DNA from: the human T2T-CHM13v2.0 reference genome, Homo sapiens
DNA length: 64,000 nucleotides
Assembly (NCBI RefSeq): GCF_009914755.1
Contig: NC_060938.1
Strand: one strand, 5' to 3'
Position numbers and translations under genes: made by a program. The notes under the pieces were generated by a model that saw only the letters and a list, made by a program, of their open reading frames with translations, was not told the origin of the DNA and ran no database searches. The number at the start of each line of letters is the position of its first letter. The stretch's first letter is position 1. Positions 46,440 to 61,960 of this stretch are shown here, in pieces.

Positions 46440-47000
46440 TTTAAGATGTTAACCACAGAACATTGTCCAAATGATAGGTCAAAGAAAATACATGTACAGG
46501 TTAGAACAATTCAAGTAAATTCTTCATTAGTACTTAAGGGAAACAAAATCAGCTGGAAGGCTCCCCAACCCCTCACTACCATGCACTCACACACGCACGC
46601 ACAGCCAGCGTTAGTCTCTACTCATTTCAGATTGCATTTAGAACAAAAAAAGTTCAATTAATCAAATTTTCCTAAGAAAAGCATCTACGAGCATGGCCAC
46701 AGATGAAGGGTGAGGAAATGCAGGTGTGCAAACTCTGAAACCCACAGCTGGGCTTTCACATCCTGAAATAAATCTGTTTCCAAGAACAGAGATTTCTGTT
46801 GCCCACATTTGAATCTTGAATCGTGTAAAACTCAATGACATATTCATTTTCGAAGTTAGAATCCTTACTTGGGATACCTGAATCTCTTATCTCCCAAGAC
46901 TTATGAGACATTCTTTCCAAGTCCGAGAGGTGAATTAACGAGGTTATACTGGGCGGTAGAGAGGAGGCAGTGGGAAACCGGATTGAGCAGCAACAAATTA

Positions 47001-47006
47001 TTTATA
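47001..47006 (-). terminator. Variant poly(A) signal TATAAA (candidate distal SEL1L site)
   Basis: Plus-strand TTTATA near the end of the AU-rich UTR-like block. Confidence 0.4.
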
Positions 47007-48372
47007 TGAACATTCCAAATTCAGTTAACTAACCACATTCCACTCAACTTACATGAGAAAAAATTGTGTGGTTTTTAGAAATGGGATTTAATATACAATT
47101 CAGCATTAACATTGTTATGTTTAAAAGAAATTAACCCAGATAAAAAGAATTTGGCCTCTAGGGAAAATCAGAGTTCTACTCAAAATATAATACTACCAAT
47201 AAACTACTAGCATAGTGAATTTTCAGGATCTAATTAAAAGCTTGTTCAATTTGATGGCGAAGTAGTGACGTAAGTGACATGAGAAGGAACGTACAAAGCC
47301 CATTACACAGCAGTACCTCCTTTTGAACTGATTAACGCTCACTTTTTCTTATTCGTAAAAAAATACCCAAAAAGTAAAAACTTTCCTTTTTATTTTTCGT
47401 AGTTTCTACTACAGAAATTCTGATTTTTTTTACTTGCATCTAATTTGTGTATCTGCTGTAACTTAATCTAAGCATACTTCCAAGCTGGTATAACCAACCT
47501 AAACTAGCATCATAAAGGAAGTTAGGAAAGAGGCTGTAGCTCATCAAGTTGCAGCCAATGAAGATGGAGGACATTCTAATGACTTGCCAGAAAGAGGCTA
47601 AGTGGTGAACAGGCAGGCATTGCCCCAGGTTGGATGGTCACCTGCTGGTGTTAAGGCTCTGACATCCGACTTCCCCCACAACTTTTAGGTCAGTCAAGGT
47701 CATCTGGGGTCACTGACTGTGCTCCCACAAGTACAATTTGAGATCTTGAGATCTGACATCTCAGTTGCCACAGTTTGCATCATGTAGGCTTTTTATCCAA
47801 GATCCAATGCTTCTGAGCTGGAACATTTTACCTCAGTTACCTCTTTGAGTTGCCTGCTGGGAAGCTGGGGGCCAAATTTGTAGCCCACTTCCAATTGCAC
47901 TTTGTGTACATGTTCACTCTTGATTTAATATTTTTTCATTTCTCCTTTACTCAGAGCATATTTAGTCTAAATGTTACTGTGTGGTACGTGTCTCTGCAAG
48001 TCCTCTTAAAAAATTCCTGGGACAAGGCAATGCATAAACAAACTTTAGATAAATAATATTATAATCAGGCTAAAGTGAATCACGCTTACTACATATCAAG
48101 GCTGCTTCAAGACAAAGATATCAGAGATTTAAAAGATAACATTTCTTAGCAAATTCATGTTCTCCCTAGGGCAATATTGGACTTGTAAAAATCTGAATTT
48201 CAGGAGTTTAAAATGAAAGATAAATTCAAATTGCCACAAGTGAATGTTTTCAGAAGCTTCTGAATTTCCAAAAAACATTAAAAAATTGAATCATTCAGCT
48301 TAAAAAAAGTCTGTCTGGAAAGGTGCTTGGTTGTGGTATATTACAGCATACAGGATAACCAGAGGTGGAATC

Positions 48373-48378
48373 TTTATT
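48373..48378 (-). terminator. Canonical poly(A) signal AATAAA of SEL1L (probable major site, ~4.0 kb UTR)
   Basis: Plus-strand TTTATT, with a cluster of UGUA (CFIm) elements upstream in the transcript (plus TACA at 48394, 48399, 48414 and ~48490-48506). Confidence 0.7.
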
Positions 48379-51300
48379 TCACAAGTTTCAAGATACAGTA
48401 CAAAACGATTCTGTACATCTCTCTATTAACAGGATTTGTTTACACAATTATATTACACTTCACCAACCTTTATACTGCATTTCATTAAATACAAAATACA
48501 TTTACAAAAAGAGTCTACCATGGTGTTCCTTCACAATGCCAGCTTAAGGTCTTTTAAAACTTCCTCTTCTACATATTTATAGTGGTTACATCTTGATTAT
48601 ATCAACATTATGAGTTTTATGAGTTTATTTTCTAATCAAAGAGAATAGTGTCAGCCTGTTTCTCAAACCAAATAGGAAAAACAGCATGTGAGATGATTCC
48701 CTGCACATAACCAAGGAATCCTTTTCATGCACACAACATTGGACTTTTACTTGTGCAGTCACTTTAACATACAAATCATCTTTCCTTGGGATCGTTTTAA
48801 ATTTTCTTGAAATACCAAGTGGGTGGAGAGCTTCTTTTCAATGAATACCACACATTTAAAATCCAGATCGTGCCTCAGGCATTCAGGAGTGTTATATTTT
48901 AATTTATATTTGAGAGTGATGACTGATGAAAAATATTTGCATGAAAATAGAAATTTTCTTTTGTTCTGATCATTTCTTACATACTTCTAGTCATAATAAT
49001 GTGTAATACATATATATATTATGAGATTCACTTTCAAAACAAATATCAGCTGTCACTGAAATATAGCCCTGCTTGTCTTGGCAGGTAAAGGGGCTGTTTT
49101 CATGACACATCTTGTTTTGAAATGTGCATGTGAAATGTTAGTCCGAACCTCTGTAAAGGAAGTTTTTGCGTATGTAGTTAGACATTAATACACATGCTAT
49201 ACACATAAAGAATTGTGTTTTTCATTTATAGGCCTGCATGCATACTTCCAAAACACTGGTTTGAAGAATGAACATGAGGATAAAAGAAGGGAGAGAAAGA
49301 CAAAGCAAAATAAAAAAAAATTCCTATATATATATTAATAAAATACTTAAGTTTCCTGGAGGCATCAACGGCTCTTTAAATAAATCATCAGATCATCACC
49401 AGATCACTGGCAGGGGTTTCCAAAACTTCCCAACAGTACAGAGACAGAATGGCTTAGTGGTAAGACTCTCACATGTAAGGTAAAAATTAACCTAATATGC
49501 AAAAAAGTAACAAATCCTTAGTATCAAGATTAATAATTTATAAATTCATCTGAGTTAAGTGCTAAACAATACATTTTGAAAAGAAGTCATCTTTGATTTA
49601 CTTTTTCTTTGCCATTGACTGCTAATCAAAAATAAGCCTTACCTAGAAAACAGAAACTGAAACTTCAAACACAGAGACAGAAAAAAAAAAAAAAACCCAC
49701 CAATGCTACCTCTGTAAAATAAAACTAGAAGCAAAATGAATAGTTTCAAGACAGTCGGCTAACCAACAAACCAAATGCACAAGAGAATACTAAACAGGGT
49801 TTTACTGTCATCAAGTTCGAAGGCAGGAAGACAGACTAGAAAAGGTCTTAGGAGAGATGGGCTACCATGGACAAATGAAGCCACACTCTATCTGTTAAAT
49901 CTAAATTCTAACATTAAAACTCCTGAATCCTGGAGTTAGTTTAATGTCACTGACATTAACTAGCTTTAGTTATTGTCATTTTATTCAAATGGATGCCATT
50001 TGATTAGGTAAGTATTGAGCATTATTTTAGGAGAAAAACCAAACCCAACTCCTATTTGCTTAGGTACCATGTCCCATGAACAAAAAAGAAGAAGAGAGCA
50101 AAGTATTTTTGAGACAGTCTTTAAGTGAAGCCATAAGAACTAAGTTATTTGAAAGACACCATTCACAAACTGCTGGCAGCAAGTGACCCAGGGTAAAATG
50201 AAGTAGAAACAAGCCAAGAAAAGGAAATTCAGAACATTAACAATAGAAAAAGGCAAGTGGTAAACTAATAAGAAGTGTGTTTTTATATGAACAACAAGAC
50301 TGCACTTTCCCATCCAGCCTTAGGTGGCACACACTGTTTTAAGAAATGTTTTCTCAAAGCACGTACTCAATGGAGGGAAGGAAAGTTAGATATAAAAATC
50401 TTGCTAAAGGAAAAATGAGGGTGGATGGCAGAAGAAAAAAGTGAAAGTTGGTAGTCATCTTGGGTGGTTTTTCAACTTTTAAATAAATTATAACAGTTCC
50501 TTCTGAAGGAAGTGTGGCTGCTACCGTGGATTACACTTATTTTGAAGCGGGGAGAAGGGACAGTGGTGGAGACACCAAAGTACTGTACCAACTGCACTCA
50601 AATCTCTACATGTAAGAGACCAAACAAGTCTCACTATTTACAAGAGTTGCCTAAAGCAACATTACACTTAGGGGGGGTAAGTTTCCTACCTTTCACAGAT
50701 ACGCTTTCATACATATGGCTCTCTTGGTGACTAACTCTTCGAATTTGGAAGCAATTATCTGGGAGGAAAGTTTTGCTTACCAGGTTTCCCATAATTCTCT
50801 AAACACAAAAAGGTATACAACTTCATATATAAAAGCCTTCATGTTCATTATAGACTAGTTAAATCTAGTTCTAACTACTACCCCAACTTCAAAAATCAAA
50901 GCAGTACAACTCTACAAGCAATAAACTTTTCAAGTTTTCTGGCAGATGAGGGATTCTGGGAAAAAAGCATGAAGGTTAGTATAAACATACTGACATCAGT
51001 AGGCATAGAAAACCTGCTCAGATACGAATGCAGTCTCAGACAAGATACAGGCTGGTGAACACCACCATCTGACAATAAAATGAAATACAAATTCAGTTTA
51101 AGCTTTAATTATTTCACGTGTGTAATTATGTGAAACTCTTCAGTTTTTTTCCCATACTATTTAACCAGACAATCCTGAAGCATAGTAGCCTTGATTTTCC
51201 TAATGTTAACAGTGAGAAAATGGTGACTATGATAGCTAAGCAGTGGCTGGCTTTCTATTATAATATAAAACTATCAGAAATAAAAAGATACCTGAATAGT

Positions 51301-52407
51301 ATAGAACAGTACAAACAGGTTTTGGCTTTCATCAACCACTGAGTTTAATCCATCTTTGATTCTCTGAGTTTTAGTATTATAATAGTAGTCACTGTAAGCC
51401 ATACCCTGGCAATGATATTTCATATTTAAAGAATTCAGGAAGGTGATGTGTTCTTTGTGCAAAAAGAAATGCAAAGTAAAATAAATCCTGGGAACAAATG
51501 CTTCAACTTTAGGAAAAGTATGTCTGTGTCTGTGATCGTAGTACCCCAACCAGAGTTCGTTTTGTTTTCTAATTTCTCCCACTTAGTCCATCCTCTGGCT
51601 TCTGGATCAAGGCTCTGTATATTCAAAACAAACAAGCAAATTACAGAGTAGGTGGGGCAAACTCGCGTTAGTGCAAGGAGTCAGTTCACAAGGTTTTGCA
51701 TAAGTATATTCCATTCCAAAGAAGTAAAGCTCACAAAAAACTCCTTAACAAGGCCTTTCATTCTTTGAAGGAGAGGAGTATGGTATACCGTGTGACAATC
51801 ACCAATAAGAAACCTCCCAACCCTCCCTTTTAAAATAACAAATATGCTGAATATGTCTAATTGCATGTGGACTGGTAAGAGTTTCTCAGTTATCGCAGTT
51901 CCAAAACATTTTCAAGATAGCTTTTTTTTTTTTTAACTTAAAAGGCAAGTTCTATTTTCAGACTTTCGAACACGTTTAAACTTGCAACTGGGTTTTCCTT
52001 TTTACACTGATCAGTTTTTAGTGTCGATGCACAATACCTTAAAGATGGTTGACATTAAGAACTTATGCACACTGAAATAATGACCAAAAGGATCCAAGAA
52101 AGATAGCTGGATACAGTAGACATTACTCTGAGTGTCTCACATATGTTTCCAGAAAAGAAAAAAAAAAGCCACTGAAAGTTGTTATTCCATATGGCACTGA
52201 AACAAACATTCAGCTCAGTTTAGGTAAGAGTTACTTATCCCTGAAAATAAAGGCATCAGATTCTAAGCAGCTTTAGGAATTCAATGCTTCCTTGTGCCGT
52301 GCCTCTTCTGGGAGGTGACCACTGATCCAAGGTCCTAAATCAAATGCAAGTGTTCCCAGCAGATAACTTCCTTCGCTGTCACTGATCAAGGCTGGACCCA
52401 GTGCCTA

Positions 52408-52659
<252 letters not shown>

Positions 52660-52738
52660 TCAGGCAAGGAACTGGGAAAGTTACATCACCAGAAGTAAGT
52701 ACAGAAATTAAAATAATTTGTTTTAAAAACGTTTTGCA

Positions 52739-52740
<2 letters not shown>

Positions 52741-52782
<42 letters not shown>
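52741..52782. repeat. (GT)21 microsatellite in the last SEL1L intron, read as (CA)n in the pre-mRNA
   Basis: Direct read. Confidence 0.97.
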
Positions 52783-52784
<2 letters not shown>

Positions 52785-52975
52785 AAAGCGGTTTTAAAAG
52801 CCTTCAACTGAAGCTCAAAATAATGTGTCTGAGGAATTAAGCTACTAATTTATAATAGCTGACACTTAATATAAAATGTCTGACAGTGTTCTTTCCACCA
52901 GTAATCCAATACGCTAATTTTAATCATTTTTCACAGAAAATATTTGGAAAACAAAACAAAACAAAACAACACTGG

Positions 52976-53279
<304 letters not shown>

Positions 53280-55021
53280 CAGTGGTGAGCCAAGGGGAGA
53301 AATTAGTATCTTGGCACAGCGAACCTACTGGCAGTGACAGCACACCAGCTGGAAAGCTCTGTTCCATGACAGTGGGGCCATTTCACAATTCCCATGTAAT
53401 TGAAAATAGCAGGAATTCAAACATTTAATAGCTGAATGAATAATGCTTCTCAATTAGGATTTAACTAAAACACAAAATATTTAACATCTGAATTGAAACC
53501 TGAAAGTTATGTTCTTAGCCTATAATATTTTAATTGTTTTAGTATCACTGATACTTTCTGACTTTTATTATACTTACCCATTAAGAAAGTAAACATGGGG
53601 TATAATTTTATATAAAATTACATTTGAAAGATCTCTATAACACGTTTGTAGGTACAGGTGCTAAATTTTTCTGGAAAAAAAATGACAAGAAACCACTAAT
53701 TGTGTTCTCTGGGGAAGAATCTGGGATGGGAGATTTGTGTTCTTCTGTACTGTTTGACTTTCTTATGATCGATACTTATTAGTCTTATACTCTCTTTTTC
53801 TTTTTAGTTGGAATAACTAGGTGGTAGGATTATGGGGCGTTTTTACTGTCTTCTTTATACTTCTGTATTAAAAAAAACAGCAAAGATACAATATACCCAG
53901 TACAGCATATTATAAGATGAAGTCCTAGACTATAACCAACAGTTAGTAATAAAAATTGTGAGAGATAAAGGTCTGAAATGGTACTGAAAGAGAAAGAGGA
54001 GGCTGCCACACGATCAGCTTTTAATTAAAGGAACAAAGATTGTTTCAATTGGCAGCGGTTACAGCACACCTGACTCATGCTACCATGCAATTATAGCAAC
54101 TGACATTACACATGTGGAAGCGACTGGGAGGCCAGAGTCCCACAAGACCAGTGCTCTGGAACCCTATCTGTGGAGGACTTCAGCTGCATGGACTAGACAA
54201 GTCCATTTCTTTTCACTGATGCTGGAGCAGCATGGACTACATTTATACCTGTGACACACATGAGGGAAAGCCCATTCTTGAATCTAAAACTGAAAGACAT
54301 TAACAAAAGGGTGAAACATCATCCTTTTCTGGTCCTGAAGAAACTTTCCTTGTCCTGAATAAGCCTATGTTAGAAACAAGGGCTCTGAACATCTTAGGGC
54401 TTTCAGAGTGAAATGCTCTACCAGTTAATCCATTCTAGGAACTATAGTACTGGAAACAAAATATAAAGCTGGCAGAACCCAAGAGTACCTACATACCAGT
54501 ATTGCCAACTAAAGTTGGTAATTTTGAAGAAAATGGGTAACCCACTTCCTATATAGGTTCTTCCATTAGCCTATTTAAATAATTCACGCTATTTTTAGAG
54601 AAGAAAATTTGGGTGGTGTTTTCAACTTAATGCTTCACTATCGGAAGAATCTGAAGTACAACAACCTGGGGAGGTTCTCAGATTCTTCTTTTTTTTTTCC
54701 TTTTCTTTTTAAGGGACTGGTTTGAGTCATCTGATTTAATGTTTACTGAATTAAATACTGTTTCAAACTGCCATGAGTTAGTCTCAGTTTTCCCTAAACC
54801 AGAAAACATCTGCCTCCATGAAAAATGCTTTAGCGTCAGGAAGTGTCAAACGCTACCTAAAAACTGCAGTAGCTGCTTTATGCCTGCATTTATCCCTCCC
54901 CTGATAAGGTCCTCGGGTACCTGAGCTGAGGAGAAGGGAACACACCCGATACCTGCAGGACCACTCTTCCCTGTGCTTCTCAACTTTTGAAAAACAAACC
55001 TCCAGGACAGACCTTCCATCA

Positions 55022-55186
<165 letters not shown>

Positions 55187-55614
55187 CTATAATACAGGTA
55201 AGAAACAAAAATGCATTTCTTGTCAAAATAAGTAAAAATATTTAGTGAACATATTAGACGAATTTATTTTACCTTTGAGGTTTTCATTTTAAAATGAGTT
55301 TCCCTCACCTAAACAAAAATGCCAAGCTTTACTTGGGTAAAATTCGTTTAATTATCTAACTGCTTAATATTGAAAAACTTAATTAAAAAACTCATTTTCC
55401 CCCAACATAACATCTAATTTGCTGTGTAGATATGCTGCATACAGCCATATATCTACGCATTAACACTGTTAACCTAGAGATTTCCAAGGGCGACTTCTGA
55501 AACTCACACTAATTTTTTGCTACTTAAAACTTCAATCAGTATTAGCAACGTCTGGTTTCAGTTCTGGACAGTGATCTTCAAAGTGGGGTAGAAACACTCA
55601 AGATTTTACAACAG

Positions 55615-56175
55615 ATGACAGGCACGGTGGCTCATTCTTTTTTATTTTTTTTTTGAGACAGAGTCTTGCTGTCACCCAGGCTGGAGTGCAGTGGCGCGAT
55701 CTCGGCTCACTGCAGGCTCCGCCCCCCAGGGTTCACGCCATTCTCCTGCCTCAGCTTCCCGAGTAGCTGGGACTACAGGTGCCTGCCACCTCGCCCGGCT
55801 AATTTTTTGTATTTTTAGTAGAGACGGGGTTTCACCGTGTTCGCCAGGATGGTCTCGATCTCCTGACCTCGTAATCCGCCCGCCTCAGCCTCCCAAAGTG
55901 GGCTCATTCTTATAATCCCAACACTTTGGGAGAGCGAGGCAGGAGGATCACTTGAGGCCAGGAGTTCAAGACCAACCTGGGCAACATAAACTGTCTCTAC
56001 AAAAAATAAGCCAAATTAGCTGGGTGTGGTGGCGCCTGCCTGTAGTCCCAGCTACTTGGGAGGCTGAGTGGGAGGACTGCTTGAACCCAGGAGGCAGAGG
56101 TTGCAGTGAGCTGAGATGGTGCCACTGAACTCTAGCCTGGGTGACAGAGTGAGACCCTGTTTCCAAAAAAAGAAA
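55615..56175 (+). mobile_element. Host AluJ (head ~55615-55639, body 55901-56175)
   Basis: ggcacggtggctca ... resumes at tataatcccaacactttgg. Confidence 0.88.
55640..55900 (-). mobile_element. 5'-truncated young AluY (Ye-like diagnostics) inserted into the head of an oppositely oriented AluJ
   Basis: gcaggctccgccccccagggttcacg and ccacctcgccc; TSD ggctcattctt at 55629-55639 and 55901-55911. Confidence 0.88.
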
Positions 56176-56337
56176 CAGATTTTACAAGAGGTACTTGCAT
56201 GGACATGTTAAGGGACTCGATTCTGCAGTTCTGCAGCTTCCATATGTGCTTTTTCCTGAAAGGGATCTGCTGAGAATAGGCCTGTATGCACAGCAACGTT
56301 TCTCTGCTTCGCTTTGCTAAAGGAAGGCACAGCCCTT

Positions 56338-56479
56338 ATCTACCCCACTCTTTCCTCCAGTGCATTGTCTTGGGGTGTAAAAACCTCAGGGGCTACCACC
56401 GGAAGAGATCTACCCCACTCTTTCCTCAAGTGCATTGCCCTGGGGTGTAGAAACCTCAGGGGCTACCACCGGAAGAGAT
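56338..56479. repeat. Tandem duplication, period 70, 4 mismatches
   Basis: atctaccccactctttcctc...ggctaccaccggaagag x2. Confidence 0.95.
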
Positions 56480-57196
56480 ACCTTGAAATACTGGTTCTGG
56501 AGAAGGCTCCTTTATTGACTAATTATAAACCCTTATTAGGGCATCTTGTGTTTCCCTGTGTTAGATATATTTCTGTAAAGGGTGAAACCAGGCATTCTTA
56601 ATTTTGGCCCAGGCTGGAGTGTTCTGAATTCAGATATGTAATAGAATGGGATGGTGGGAATTTTCACTTAAAAATCTCACTTCTACTCCCTATTATCAAA
56701 GAATACCAAACTCTTAAGAAAGAATTCCATGAGATATGAGGAAGAAAGGTTAAAGACCAAAAATGACTCCCCCTCCAAACATATTTAAATACAAGCAGTT
56801 ATTTTCAGCTATTCCTTATTCTTGTCCTTAGGGTGTGTCATTATTTAAAAAGAAGAGCATCTTCAAATAATGCTAACAGTATGGTTAGTGTCTGAGTTTT
56901 TAGAAAAATATAACTCAAATGGTTTTTTCGACTGCTATATTTTTCAAGATCATGGATCAAACTTCATGTGATTCATACATTGGATGATTCACTAGGGTAA
57001 TTAAATAGATTCACTAGTATGTAATTAAAACTTATCAAATAATATGATGATTTTTTCCAATTATAGTCAATCCTCATATTTAATATTTTCCTAACTATAT
57101 TAAATGGGGGATTGTTTTTAGTAGCATGAATATTTTAAACCTCAAAAGAAAAAAAGTAGAAAAGGTGATCACGATGTCTTATAAAAAAAGTAATGG

Positions 57197-57512
<316 letters not shown>

Positions 57513-57843
57513 TCATACATGATTATTTATTTTCATAAATGATTATTTATTCTCAAAAGCTAAACAAAAGTTCCCTCCCCCTACTCTTATCAAAGGAGTA
57601 CTATGCCTTTTATCATATTCTTTATTCACAAGAATTTCTATTATTAGCTATACAGTGTATTACAAATTAAATTAGAACACATTTTCTTGTTTTATAAGCT
57701 ATTATAAAAACAGATTAGTTATATCATTTTAATTTTGACTACAGTCAGTAAATTATTACTAGATGTACTCCATGAAAGCCATAACTTACATGTGATCTTT
57801 ATATTAGTCATGTTAAACTTCACTTGAATTAAAAATAAAGTCA

Positions 57844-57965
57844 GCTGGGTGCAGGGGCTCATACCTGCAATCCCAGCACTTTTGGAGGCCAAGGCGCTTA
57901 AGTCCCCAGGGGTTTGAGACAAGCCTAAGCAACATAGTGGTACCCCATCTCCATTTAAAAAAAAC
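57844..57965 (+). mobile_element. Alu monomer (FLAM-like)
   Basis: Single diverged left arm plus A tail. Confidence 0.75.
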
Positions 57966-59646
57966 GACAAAAATCCGTCAGCCTTTCTGATAGAAGCTAA
58001 GTCTAATTTGGGACACTGGATGACTGGTTTGACAATAAAGAGAAGCTTCAGTTACTACATTAAGTGGCAGAGATCTTCCAGAAGTTGAATGTACTGAGTT
58101 TGCTGCTCCTGAGCCCTGACTGAACTATATTTAAGTATCTAATATTAGTAATATTCTAAGTATTAAGGTAAGTTTAAAATATAAATATTTACATACTGAA
58201 ATTAAAAGAAAATGTCCAAATGTGAACAAAGCAGCAGCATTTTGTCAAGAAAATACCGCATTAGCAAAAATGAACAACTTTCCCTCAATCCTTAGGTCAA
58301 CAAAGGGCCTCTAAGTGACACAGGAAGGAGTATAATTAACAGCCTATTTCATAAGTCTTGGTAAAGCCTTTTGTACTCTTCCTAGAAAATAAGAAAAGTG
58401 AAAGGTCCCAGTGTCAGGGAATGCATGCTTTCACAAGTCTCTGGTTTCCAATTCTTTGCTTTCAACACAACTGAAGAGGGACCTATCAAGTAGTCAGGAG
58501 ATTGATCATTAAAAATAATTTCTAATGACAAGTCACTCTGATTTTTGGCATCTAACTCTTAAGGTAGTTTGAAGAATTAAGTGACCATGCTATAGTGAAA
58601 TTCTTCCCATTTTCACATACATGACATTCTAGTCATACATTTAAAAAAATGAAAAACAGAATTAATGTGAAATCTCAATTTTTAACAAATACTCCATTTA
58701 TCTCATTAAAAGATGCATTTTCAATTAATAATACAAAAAGCAAAGTTTTATCAAAATGTATTTTGTAGATTTGATCAACAATGCATTAACTGACCAACTG
58801 TGACTAGTAATATCTCATGAATTTTTCTTAACACTTAGATCACTGGTAATAAAATTCAAAATGAATTTATACACTTGTTTGTTTCAGGTAAGTATGATAC
58901 AGTAATCAATAAAAGACCTAAGCATTAAAAACAATACATTAGTATTACATTCTACAGAAGTCGTGGTAGAAAACATAAATTTAGGGAAACAGGAAAAGAC
59001 CTAGCTTTCAATTAAAAAACTTGCTTGTATATTTCTAAAAAATTAATAATGGTAAGTGGGTATTAAATTATTGTTATTTAGATTCTATTGGATATTTTAA
59101 GGGTAATTAATTTTATTTAAAAATGTTAATGCTTAAAATAGCTGGAACTTAGACCCTTTGAAACTTAAGAAAAAATTTAAATGCCAACTTAAAAATGTAC
59201 AAGGGGGTCTGTAGTTTTTCCAAATTCTTTTGAGGGCACACAGGAAAAACCTTAAGTCATGAGTCCAGAGAATGACAGACTTCATTAGGCAAGTGTAAGA
59301 ATCAGAAATAAATTTATCAGTAGAATACATTTAATTCATTTCAAAATAATTTGAAAAAAATAGAATTTGGCTGACGATGGACAGATAGTTTCTCAAACAA
59401 GTAGTTATCAGCAGAGGAAGCACTGCACTTCCATTTTCATGAGTCTGTCTTCAGCTTAATCCCTAAATAAAACAGCGTGGATAGCAGTATCTGTGCGTGC
59501 TGGAAGATGAGAGATGGAAGGGCAGTCTTCTGAAATATTACAAATCAGTCCCATAATTTAGTGGCCTGAAATCCAACTGAATGTCAAGGAAAGTCTATTT
59601 TCTATACAAATGCAAGTATTTTCCCCAATCACAATTATGTGATTCA

Positions 59647-59844
<198 letters not shown>

Positions 59845-60092
59845 TTAAACAAAAGTTAAATGCAGAACTGCCAATAAATAAAGTATGTTTAAAACAGATC
59901 AAACTTTTTTCTCCTCCCATTGACATGCTTACATAAAACAAAGAATTTTAATTCATAGTACACAAACTTTGTAACAAATCCTTTCAGCCAAGTTATAAAG
60001 TCCAGTAAAAATTTAAACTAGAAGTGTAGCTCTTCTGCAGAAGGCTTTGGAATACAGAGAGGTAAAACCAAGTTGGTGTGTGTGTAGGGGGA

Positions 60093-60326
60093 CAGGTTTA
60101 ATATCCCTAATTCAAAAAGCTGAAATCTGAAATGCTCCAAAACCTGAAATGACATTCAAAGGTCATGCTCAAAGGAAACGCTCACAGGAGCATTTCAGAT
60201 TTCAGATTAAGGATGCTCAAACAATACGTATGTGCAAATATGCCAAACACAAACAAAAAAAACAAAAACATCTGAAATCTGAAACACTCTGGTCCTAAGC
60301 ATTTCAGATAAGGGATACTCAACCTG
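60093..60326. mobile_element. Tigger4a/MER46-type MITE
   Basis: Terminal inverted repeats caggtttaatatccct ... agggatactcaacctg, then TA. Confidence 0.85.
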
Positions 60327-60674
60327 TACTCCCTTCTTTCACAAACACTCCTATGTAAATGATCAGGCTCTACTTTATAATGTCATTTACATTTTAAAAT
60401 AGTCCAGCTTGACCATTTAGGTTTGGAGAAGGGAACAGGCAGAGAATGTTGAAAGGAACATGTATAAAAAATAAATATTCAAAAGAAAAAGAAAAGTCTC
60501 TTAGGTTTCAGACTAATGTTCTATCATACATTCTATTTAATTCCCATTTCACACAGTATACTGGCCTCAAACTGGAAAACAAAGAGTGAATCATAGCTTG
60601 ATGGAAATGTGTAGTACAAAGACTTTACAACCCAATTTAGAAACTCTGGCTCTAGAAACTTCTGTTAAGAATAA

Positions 60675-61037
<363 letters not shown>

Positions 61038-61112
61038 TCATGATTTAATGTTCATGGGAGATAAACAACATAGGGAGGTCCCTGGGTGAAACTCTTATCT
61101 TAGAATTAATCA

Positions 61113-61226
<114 letters not shown>

Positions 61227-61681
61227 TTAAGAAAAGGCACTAGACTTAATTTTCATTTGCAAAGTAGGAAGGATAGGTGAAGCATAAGTTAAACAAGAAT
61301 TAGGATATAAAAATTAAAACAAATACTGAAATTAATTACTGAACTAAAATAGTGAGTTCAAAGCAATCACTGGATGCAAGAGGGCACTACTTTGTGAAAC
61401 ATGTTGTATCTATAGAACCAGTCATGAGACTACTGAGTCACTCTTCTACAGTGTTGGGAAAATGGCATTTTTGTATCCACTGTATTTTGAAAAATACATT
61501 TATGCAAAGTGCTTAATTTTAAAATGAATGTCAAATCCATTTCTACAGTCAACTCGTTATAAAACTAACTTTGATGGCTAAAGTAAAATATTAATAACTT
61601 AAGCCTGTGTGTTCAGTTCCAGTTACAATAATAAAGAATGTTTCCTAGTAGCTTTTCTTTTTGAATACATTAAACAGTTTA

Positions 61682-61960
<279 letters not shown>

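Larger units (their letters stand above)
46983..52407 (-). other. SEL1L: SEL1L long 3'UTR (distal end approximate)
   Basis: Follows the stop codon; AU-rich on the minus strand, Alu-free, several poly(A) hexamers; distal end inferred from TATAAA at 47001-47006. Confidence 0.7.
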
